From a virus: DNA of 64,000 nt. A program made the translations under genes and the position numbers. Shown piece after piece: positions 54,971 to 64,000 of the stretch. How positions within the stretch are numbered: position 1 is the stretch's first letter; every line of letters starts with the position of its first letter. The stretch lies in UHGV virus genome UHGV-1368191. One strand, 5' to 3'. Below the pieces are notes generated by a model. It saw only the letters and a list, made by a program, of their open reading frames with translations. It had not been told where the DNA came from and did not search any database.

Positions 54971-55155
54971 ATTTGATTTAGCAAGCCTTGCTTGCATAAA
55001 AGAATCTAATCTAAGTATTGCTAAGAATTTAATAGATATTAAATATCTATTGACACAAATACTTGATAATTTAGAGAGGAAACAAGTAAAGCAAGATAGC
55101 TGTTCCACTAAGAGAAGAATTTATTAAAAGAGGATATATCAATGAATAAAGAAGA
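54918..55155 (+). repeat. tandem duplication of the ThyX 3' end plus the start of the next small ORF
   Basis: 54918-54975 (…AIPLREEFIKRDYINE* then ATGAATGA) is about 85% identical to 55100-55155, which encodes AVPLREEFIKRGYINE* then ATGAATAA. Confidence 0.6.
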
Positions 55156-55400
55156 ATTTCTAAACTTTTGCATTAAGAATGGTCTACCCTTTGAAATAGA
55201 ATTTAAGGAGCCTTGGTATCCTAAGTCTATAGAGGTATCTAAAGAGGATCTAAATAATACCAAATGATTGATAGAAATTCTTAATCAGGCTATTTTTGAT
55301 GGTATAATTTACGGAGAATATAAAATTCAAATACAAAATGACTGAAGAAAGATACCAATATCTATCATTAGAAGAGAATATAACTAAATCAGAATAATCA

Positions 55401-55562
55401 ATGTTAAATATACTTAAACTCCTAATTATGAGACATAAATGTCATCATGATTGGGAATTACAGAAGCAAATAGTAAGGGAATCAGAATTAGGAATCTCCA
55501 TTACCTACTATTTTATATGTAAGAAATGTGGTAAAACCTCTAAAAGAAAAGTCTATCAATGA
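55401..55562 (+). CDS. small zinc-ribbon protein (53 aa), below the ORF-track size cutoff
   Basis: Hand-translated MLNILKLLIMRHKCHHDWELQ...YYFICKKCGKTSKRKVYQ. Confidence 0.3.
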   Translation: MLNILKLLIMRHKCHHDWELQKQIVRESELGISITYYFICKKCGKTSKRKVYQ

Positions 55563-55753
55563 ATCTGAAAGACCTATATTTAAGTGGAGATAAGGAAGTA
55601 GTAAGATTTAAAAGTATCTTTAACTTTCTTAATTACTGCTATACCCGAAAACTCACCAAAGAAAATAGTGAGACCTTTTATGACTCTCAAAATGAGTATA
55701 TGTATCTTAAACCCTGCAAAGTAGATTTACATACTAATAAGTAAAATAAAAGA

Positions 55754-56515
55754 ATGGAAAAGAAATATGAAATTTTAAAAGACCAATCTATTACCTTAAA
55801 TGGTCATACCCTATATAGGATAAAACCATTGAAGAGGATTTCTAATATGTTTCCAGGTGTGCTAGGAGGATTCATTGAAAGTGAGGATAATCTTTCTCAT
55901 GAAGGAGATTGTTGGGTGACTGAGAATGCAGCTGTTTATGGCCACTCTATAGTTATGGAGAATGCATGGGTAGGAGGAAGTGCCAGAATACATGGTCATA
56001 GTATTATACGTGGAAATTGCTTAATAGCAGGATCTCCTTTAATCATCAGTTCAGAAATCAAGGGAAACTCCGAAGTAACAGAGGAAGCTATAATACAGAA
56101 CTCTGTACTGCAAGACCGAGCTGTAGTTAAAGGTGATGCAAATTTAGACGATGTTAGGGTTTCTGGAAGTTCCATTATAAAAGACTTCGCCACTGTGACA
56201 AATACAGATATTGAGGGAGATGCATGTATTAGTGGAAAAGTTTGTATTAAGAAGGGCAGTGACTACACAGTAATCAAGAATTTTTGGAGTTCTTGTAGGA
56301 TTATCACCTATACCAGACCTAATAGAATGTGGAGAACTGGTTGTTTCCTTGGAACTGGTGAGGAACTTATAAAGAAAGCTTATAATGACTCAAAAGAAAA
56401 GGGGGAGCAATTTAAGTTACTTGTTGAGTATGTTGAGAAAGCCTATGCACTAAAAGAAGGGAAAAAGAAAGAATCCCTACTAAGTAGATTACTTAGATTT
56501 TTAAAGATAGTATGA
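55754..56515 (+). CDS. beta-helix (hexapeptide-like) repeat protein (253 aa)
   Basis: Consecutive G.S.I.G...V repeats: VYGHSIVMENAWVGGSARIHGHSIIRGNCLIAGSPLIISSEIKGNSEV... Confidence 0.45.
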   Translation: MEKKYEILKDQSITLNGHTLYRIKPLKRISNMFPGVLGGFIESEDNLSHEGDCWVTENAAVYGHSIVMENAWVGGSARIHGHSIIRGNCLIAGSPLIISSEIKGNSEVTEEAIIQNSVLQDRAVVKGDANLDDVRVSGSSIIKDFATVTNTDIEGDACISGKVCIKKGSDYTVIKNFWSSCRIITYTRPNRMWRTGCFLGTGEELIKKAYNDSKEKGEQFKLLVEYVEKAYALKEGKKKESLLSRLLRFLKIV

Positions 56516-56722
56516 AAAGGAGATACTTAAAATGACATGTGAAATATTATTCTTTGTAGCTATAACTTGGTGGGTATCTGTACTCTTTGCTCTACTCATA
56601 CTTGTGGTAGATGAGGAGGTTGAGATAGGTAATCTAGTAATACTTTTATTTCCAGCTAATCTTATCTTTGTGATAAAGTATTGGTGGAAAGCTATTATTA
56701 AAGCTGTAAAATCATAAATATT

Positions 56723-57097
56723 ATGGAAAAGAATTTTAAAATAGAACTCCCTGAAGGAGTTAAGATAACCGATATACAATCAACACTTAATGAAAATGGA
56801 ACTGTTGCCACAATCACTGTGTGTATGAAAGAGGAATATGTACCAAAGAATGGTGATTTTGTGAGAGTAGTGGGAAGCTGCCAAGAATGTATAGCAATTT
56901 ATAACGTAAGTAAAGAGATTGATATATACAAAAAGGGAAATAAGCTATTCTATTATGTATCACTAGGTAAGACGGATGAAAGATTACTGACGAATGATTG
57001 GATGTATAGTAGAGAAGTATTCCCAGTTACGAAGAAGCTCTCGAAGCAGGCTTACGTGAAGCAATTAAACTGGTTAAAAAGCAATGATTATGAGTAA
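56723..57097 (+). CDS. hypothetical protein (124 aa)
   Basis: ORF track. Confidence 0.45.
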   Translation: MEKNFKIELPEGVKITDIQSTLNENGTVATITVCMKEEYVPKNGDFVRVVGSCQECIAIYNVSKEIDIYKKGNKLFYYVSLGKTDERLLTNDWMYSREVFPVTKKLSKQAYVKQLNWLKSNDYE

Positions 57098-57500
57098 GCA
57101 GTGTTTAGACGTGCAGCAGATGCAGCACCTGCAAGAGCTGGGGTTAAAGTTGAAACCTTCTCTTATACATTATTATAAAATAATCAATATAGATTCAGGT
57201 AAATGGTATTTATCAGTAACAACTGGAGATATAAGTGAGGATAGCCCAACGTATCAATATATTCCCGCATACACTTTGCAGGATGTGCTGGATGCACTAC
57301 CTACTACCATCTTACATGACAAACAAATATATGAACTTGATATCAATATGTGCAATGAACGTATAGAATACGTGAAAACATCGGTTGATGATGTGCTTGT
57401 AGGATTGTGCTTTACTCAACTACTACTCATTGATGCAGCATACTCTATGCTGTGTTGGGCTATTGAGAATAAATTTGTAGAAACAAATAAAAATGAATGA
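57084..57500 (+). CDS. hypothetical protein (138 aa)
   Basis: ORF track. Confidence 0.45.
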   Translation: MIMSKQCLDVQQMQHLQELGLKLKPSLIHYYKIINIDSGKWYLSVTTGDISEDSPTYQYIPAYTLQDVLDALPTTILHDKQIYELDINMCNERIEYVKTSVDDVLVGLCFTQLLLIDAAYSMLCWAIENKFVETNKNE

Positions 57501-57518
57501 GGATATTAGATTAGAAAT

Positions 57519-57866
57519 ATGATAACTTTTAAAGAATATTTTAGTGATTGGATAAAGGTTATTAATAAGAAGGGACTGTTTAAAATTATGAGGTGGTTAA
57601 AAATAGTAAATCCTAATAACTTTTGTCCACCTATAGCAGAAAATTCCTACAAGTTTTTTCAAAACAAGAGTTGTAAGTATTTTCCTTGCCACTCTAATGT
57701 AAGTGAAAAGGACTTTAACTGTATGTTTTGCTACTGCCCTCTATATAGTAAGAAAGAGTGTGGGGGTAATTATCGGATATTAGAAAATGGGGTAAAGGAT
57801 TGCTCAGGTTGTGTAATACCTCATGGTAGAAATTCTTGGGGTATAATTCAAGGAAAATTAAAGTAG
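57519..57866 (+). CDS. Cys-rich protein whose N-terminus is paralogous to the N-terminus of the phage UDG
   Basis: MITFKEYFSDWIKVINKKGLFKIM...NNFCPPIAENSYKFFQ aligns with UDG MTLKEYFGDWLKVFDYKEFNSIL...LICPKKENVFRAFN. It then diverges into a C-x-C-rich tail and lacks the GxDPY catalytic loop. Confidence 0.45.
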   Translation: MITFKEYFSDWIKVINKKGLFKIMRWLKIVNPNNFCPPIAENSYKFFQNKSCKYFPCHSNVSEKDFNCMFCYCPLYSKKECGGNYRILENGVKDCSGCVIPHGRNSWGIIQGKLK

Positions 57867-58029
57867 TTATTGAAAATGTAAGGGATAGTAAGTCAAGTAC
57901 TTATTATCCCTTAATTTTTTTCAATATAAAGTTGTGTATCTCAACTGAAATAATTAATTTTGCAAAAACTAATTTTATTAAATATGTTAAGAGTTTATTG
58001 CACAGTAGTTACTCCTGAAATAAATGAAA

Positions 58030-61000
58030 TGGCGGAGAAAATAGGGTTACATCCACAAATAGTTAATAACCTAATTTGTGTATGGCAAACCCTTAATAAT
58101 AAACCAAATCAATATCCTTCAGAGCAAGAACTACAAGAATTAATTAAAAACAGAGAAAGCTATAATGACGCTTTTAAGTATGCTATTCCTTATTATACTA
58201 GAAGCGAAGAAAAAGGCTATGGAGTACACTTTGATGAGAATGATAACCTAGTTATTAATCCTTATCCAAAAGATACGCAGCTTAAGGATGCCTTAAATAC
58301 ACTTCCTTTAGGAGTTCCTGAAGATCTTAAATCTGAAATAACTACGTTTAAAGAGCTTTACATAGTTCAGTTATATGCTGAAAGATTATTACAGACAGAT
58401 CCTAATTATGATATACAGGATAATCCAAATGCATATATAGCAGCTGTGACTGCCTCTATTAGAATGCTTATGGAAGGCAAAAAGAGGCATCTATATGATA
58501 CTACTAGTACTCCTGTTCCTACAAATCCCCAAGTAGAAAGTGAACAGAAGACTACTAAGACTCCTACCATTGAAAAATCTATAGAGTATACACTTCCTGG
58601 ACAGGGAAAACAGACTTATACTATAAAGGGTACACATATTTATAATAAAGATGGTAAAGAGGTCTTTAAAGAAGATAGTGTACACAGAAATAGGATATTT
58701 GCCAATTTAGCGGTTAAAGAAGGAAGAGCAGTAGTGGTAGAACATGGAGATACTAGTTATGTAGTTAATAACAAAGGACATATTATCTCAGTTGCTACAG
58801 GTAAGATGATGCAGTGGGGAGAAGAAAATAGTAATAGAAAAGCTATTCTGGAGGAAGCTAGGAAAAAGTTCTCCTCCAAGATATCTACTCAACAAAGTCA
58901 AAAAACTGTAACTTCTACTTTAGATACTAGGACTATATCTAACAAGACAGCCTCTTTTGGAGTTACTATATCAGAAAACATAATGGGTAATTATTCTGAA
59001 TGGCTTAAAGATAACCCAAATGGTATAGTAGCTTACAGGGTGGACAAGGAACATTTTAATACACCACAGCTTGTTCAAAGAGGTATTATAGGTAATCCAT
59101 TTAATTGGCAAAAGTATGGTGAGGGGAAATCCCTTCAGATGTTCTATGATTGGTTAACCACAGGTAATAATTTTGGGGAGGAAAGTGCTGCTGAGGAATA
59201 TAGAAAGGCTATTATTAATAAAATACTAAGTTCTCCAGTGGGTACTCCTATTCTATACTACAAAGAGAAGTACCAGCCTAGTCACGCCACTATGATTGGG
59301 TATTTAATTAACCATAAAGATCTACTTAATACTGGGATTGTTTCCAGTACCGAAATCACTACTTCTAAAGGAACTGATTATCCCTCTAGGACTAGAGAAA
59401 ATGCTGATTGGTCTGATATAACTATGGCTTTATTTACTGTAAGGTCTAATGGAGAAACTTTAACAGCTCAGGCTGCTGGTTCAAAAGACAGAAAACAAAT
59501 TGGAAACAGAACTATAAGAAATACCAAGGATAAGTATATAGAAGCTGAACTTAGCGATGATTTAAATAACCAAGCTACAATTATTGCTAATAATCTTGAA
59601 AAACAAATAAAAGAGAAAGGTCTTCCTACCAAGGGAATAAAGCTTAATATAGCTGGTAACGGTATCTATTCTTTTAGTGAAGGAGTATCACAAGAATATC
59701 TTAATGATTTAGTTTCTAGTGTTATTCAGATTCTTCAACAAAAGGGTATTACTATATCTAAGATAAGAAGTGGAGGACAGACTGGTGTAGATGAGGCTGG
59801 TATTATAGCTGCCCAAAGATTGGGTATTCCTAATGAAGTACATACTACTGCTGATTTTAAATTTAGAGGCAGAGATGGACAAGATATAAGAGGAGAAGAG
59901 AGATTTAAGGCAAGATTTATAAATCAACAAAGCACTGAAGGTGATAACAATAGAAGAGATATCCAGATAAAAGGGGAAAACATTTCTAGTAAGGGTTCAA
60001 CTTTTGCTAAAATGTTGACTAATCCTGGGAATGATCTTACAGTAGTCTATAAAGGCAAGACATTTAGGAATGCTGAACATGCTTATCAAACATGGAAATC
60101 AGGTGAATTTGATGAAGCTGCTTTTAATAGTACCGCTTTTAAACCTGTAGGCAAAAAGCCTGTAAATAAGTCCTCAAATTTTCAAACTATGGTAGAGATA
60201 CTCACTGCCAAGTTAGAGCAACATCCTGAATTGATTCAGGGCATCAATGACAGAAGGGGCATTGAGTATCTAAATAGGTCATGGCATGAAGTTACTGGTG
60301 ATGAATACTGGGAAAAACAAGGTAACTTTATGAAGGCTCTTATCCAAGCTTATAATAGAGTTAATTCTGACCAAAATACACAACAGGAAGAGGGAACTCC
60401 TGAAGACCTTCCTGAAATAGGTATTCCTGAAGCACTTGCAAGCCAGGTACAGGTAAATAAGGAAAGTCCAAGAGCTATTCTTTCAAGGCAAATGAGTCCT
60501 CAAGAAATAACTAGGAGGGAGGATATGATAGCCAGGGATTTCTCTGATATTATTAATGATGCCCTAAGTGACATGCAAGAAGGTCTTAGAAATGATATAG
60601 AGAATGAAAAAGACCCACTAAGAAGGCTGCAATTATCCCAGAAATTAAATGCACTGGAAGATCCTGTCAAAGGTAGAAGAGCCGCTATAACAGAGCTTGG
60701 AATCGAGGAAATCTTGAATAGAATGAAAGAAGAATATCAAGAATGGATTGACATGGACAGCTCTGAGATAGACTCTTATCTAGGAAAAGGGAAAGCTGAC
60801 TATGTAAAACAAGCTTATCAAAAAGTTCTTGATAATTTTGATCTCCTGTTTGATGAGGCAAGCTCTATGATAGAACAGAAAGAGCACTTAAGAATAACGA
60901 GAGGAGATACTAAAGAAGTACAGAATACAGAAGACCAAGAACAAGTTTTAGAGGAGGAACTTGGTGATGATGATAGTGGTAACAGAGTAAGTGGGAATGA

Positions 61001-64000
61001 AGGGTATACATTCAAAATTAGATTTGTGGATCCTTTTACTTCTATTAGGGCTGAAACTAGGAAAGTCCTTAGTGACATAAAACAGATTGATACAGAAGGG
61101 AATGTAGCCACTGATGATTTAGGTAGAACTATTTATGTTAGGGAAGACTTTGCTCACTCAGCACTGCTGGCTTCCCTTAATTGGATGGATAACCCTAATG
61201 ATTTCAGTGTTAAGAATGCAGATGGTACTTATAGCTTACCCGCATTGGAAAATGCCGCTATGATATATCCTTGGATTAATCAGGTAATAGAGGAATTAGA
61301 GGCTGATCCAAACCTGATAAGTGTCTTCTATAATGATTTCAGAAAAGACTATATATCTTATTGGATGCAAAGAGATGGAAAAGTATTCCCTATGAATTCT
61401 CCTATAGACTATGAAGGAACTTTTAGGGGAATACAACGTAATTATGAGAGTGGCTCTCCACAGGATGATGACTCTATTTTTGATGTTAACCTGAAAATCA
61501 GTAAAGCTAATATAAGGAAAGCCAGAACCCTACTTACTAATGTAAGAAAGAGCCTTAGTAAAGCTGTGTATAGTGAGGATATGGAAACTATAGTTCCTTC
61601 TATACAAAAACTTCTCAATATAATTGGATTTAGCTCTACTAACCTGAATTTGACCCAATTAAAGGATATAAGTAATGTTGGGTTAGCGAACACAATCCTT
61701 GATAGTATAGCTAGAGTACTTGATAACAGTGATACTCTTCAAGAAGGACAACACTATGTTGATACTGTTAGAGACCCTCTTAATATAATAGCTAAATTAG
61801 TAGGCAAAGTTACTGAACTGGATGCTCAAGTAACATTTAGGCAAGGTAAGAACTCATATCCTTCATATGCTGTTCCAAATTATATAGAAACTGTGTTTAA
61901 AAAGCTCCTTAAAAAGGATGATGACCAGAGGAATGAGTATTTACAAAATGAATTTGGAAAGTATGCCTGGTTCAAGAATAAAAACGGGGAATGGAATAAT
62001 GAATGGCTTAGGCTTATAGAAGAGGATCCCAATGTGAGAGACATGGTAACCCTGGTTAATATGTTCAATATGGAAGGAGTTGACTATGAAAACTGGTCAC
62101 CTAGTCTTATTACTACAGGGTTCATGAATATGTATTTTGCTATTGATGAGAATCCAGACTTGGATACCCAATATGGATATTATAACTTCCCCATATTCTC
62201 TGATACAAAGATGGCCACTTTTGTCAAATTCATTAAATATACTGGTGACTATAGAAGTAAATTAATCCCATTATATAGAAAACTAGTTAATCAAGAATTA
62301 AAGAGAATAAGACTGGTAGAGGATAGGGCTAAAAAGGGTATTCCTCCAATAAGTAATTTTGATAAAAGAGGAAAAAGATTCTGTTTTCTTCCTGAACTTA
62401 ATACTCTTAAATTAGATTTTGAGGGTAAAGAAATGACTCTCCTTGATATAGTGAGAGAGTTAAATAGGAGGGGTAATGTAAAGAGTATTGATGCCTACAT
62501 TGATAGTGCTATAAACTGGACTATAGATAAACTGGCTGATGACTTTATCTCTAATCATAAAGAGGTAGTAAGTGATGAGAGTCTTGATAAAATAAAAAAG
62601 GCTACTGGAGTAAAGAGTGATGAGGCTGCTGTTGACAAGATTAGGGAATATGTATGGAATCAAATATTCGCTACTTCACAAATGGTTCAAATGGTAACTA
62701 CTGACTTAGCCTATTATGCGAGTGATACTGATTTTCAAAAGAGATTTAAGGAGGTATATGCAGCTGGAACTAAGTTGAATACTAACAGTAAATATGGAAG
62801 AAAGACAGAAAGAACTGTCTATATCAGGGACAATATAGTAACTTCTCCTACTTATATCCCTCTTAAGGAGATGTTTACTAAAGCTTATAAAGAGGAAAGA
62901 ATAACCAAGATGGATTTGGATTCTATTCTTTATAAGTTCAGAAACATAAATAGTGTAGATGGACAAGCTTATAGAAGTTTAAGTTCTTATAGATCTATAC
63001 TGGATATGCTAGGAAGGTGGACTCCTAAGATGGAGGAAGCTTTTGATAGATTAAATAAAGGCAATTGGGATATTAGTGACTTTGATATAATATGGCAGAC
63101 TATTAAACCTTTTGTCTATGGCCAAGTTGAGACTCCTGATGGGTTAGGGGGACTACTAAGAACCCCTCATCAAAACAAGAACTCAGAGTTTCTACTATTA
63201 GCTACCTATCAAGTCCTAGGAACAGTATTGAATAACTCTCCACAATTAAGAGGACTTAATAAGTTCATGGAAACGAATAATATTGATGTAGTCCAATTTG
63301 AATCTGCTGTGAAAGTAGGTTGTAGTGGAGTTATAGACATTAATGTAAGTCCTTCAAAAATTAAAAAGGCATCTGAAGACAGATTTATAGAGGTTAATGG
63401 AGAGAAATATGATGTTCCTGATATCAGTGGGTTGAACATCAGTAAAGCTTTTGACCAGATAAAGGAGTACTTTGATAATAGACTGGAAAGAGGCAGTATT
63501 ACACAGCAGGAGTATAATAATATCATTGATTACCTTAAGCCAACAGAAACTGAGGTATTTAATACCTTAGTTGAGAATACAAGAAAGAAGATTAATGATA
63601 CTGATGTTCTTACTAAGGATAATTACAACAAGACTACAGTGCATGAAATAAGCTATGATGATTACATGATAGCCCAGCCTACTCCAGAGCATCTGTTTGA
63701 TGTTGAATCTATAATAGGTTCTCAGTTCAGGAACCTTATATACTCAGATCTCCCTGAAGATATAGAAATTAATCTTGGAGATATCACTATTAAGGGAAGG
63801 GACAATGTAAAGAGATATTATTTCTCTCTTATGGTTGAGAACCTCTTGGATTCATATAAAGAGGTCAATGAGGTTTTTTCAAGCATAGAAACTCTTCAGA
63901 ACAGGCTACTTTCTATTATTAAAGGCAACCCTAAATATAATAGGGATTTGCTTAATGCCCTGGAAATAGTTGAAGTTAATGGAAGAAAGGTATTCAATGT
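58030..64000 (+). CDS. giant protein, with at least 1990 codons in the window and continuing beyond it. Putative crAss-type giant virion (ejected) protein with N-terminal SLOG-like and NADAR domains.
   Basis: Hand translation from ATG 58030 shows no stop codon through 64000. The ORF track omitted it because it is open-ended. SLOG-like motif KIRSGGQTGVDEAGIIAAQRLGIP at about 59755-59830. NADAR motifs FRNAEHAYQTWKS, MVEILTAKLEQHPELIQ and GDEYWEKQGNF at about 60030-60360. Confidence 0.7.

Noticed and set aside
1-64000. CRISPR arrays, integrase/attachment sites, rRNA, stop-codon recoding within the window
   Set aside because: I found no direct-repeat/spacer periodicity and no recombinase gene. 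The window is densely protein-coding. All large genes read through with the standard code. The giant ORF has no in-frame stops.

Overview
This window reads as a double-stranded DNA phage genome segment. It is AT-rich, has no Shine-Dalgarno signals and is densely packed with genes. Content and layout resemble a crAss-like phage (Crassvirales) infecting a Bacteroidota-type host; that classification is inference from gene content.

Bases 1-24439 are a minus-strand late module:
- structural genes (tail fibers with a shared domain, one with a C-terminal S74 chaperone; a putative portal; an intein-containing large terminase);
- a GT2 glycosyltransferase;
- a lysis cassette (peptidoglycan-binding plus amidase_2 endolysin with small membrane proteins);
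- a minus-strand tRNA array.

A 540-bp divergent intergenic region at 24440-24982 includes a GC-rich island.

Bases 24983-57866 are a plus-strand replication and nucleotide-metabolism module:
- SF2 helicase, DnaB-like ATPase, AAA_24 ATPase, primase, family-A DNA polymerase;
- uracil-DNA glycosylase, dUTPase;
- a class-II-like ribonucleotide reductase carrying an HNH intein, and ThyX carrying a LAGLIDADG intein;
- a free-standing HNH homing endonuclease and a RecB-like nuclease;
- two plus-strand tRNAs.

A giant ORF runs from 58030 off the end of the window. It has at least 1990 codons with no stop, and the ORF track missed it. I interpret it as the crAss-type giant virion protein; it has N-terminal SLOG-like and NADAR domains.

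The most notable item is a translationally coupled operon at 36320-41204. It encodes a ubiquitin-like beta-grasp protein, a 434-aa protein with a weak E2-like motif, a JAB/MPN (JAMM) metallopeptidase and an E1-like ThiF/MoeB enzyme. It sits inside the replication module and is a candidate phage-encoded ubiquitin-like conjugation system.

Other observations: three inteins, a duplicated ThyX 3' end, a truncated UDG paralog, a HicA-like domain, a membrane-anchored retropepsin-like protease, tRNA-like genes with odd anticodon arms, and inverted repeats.
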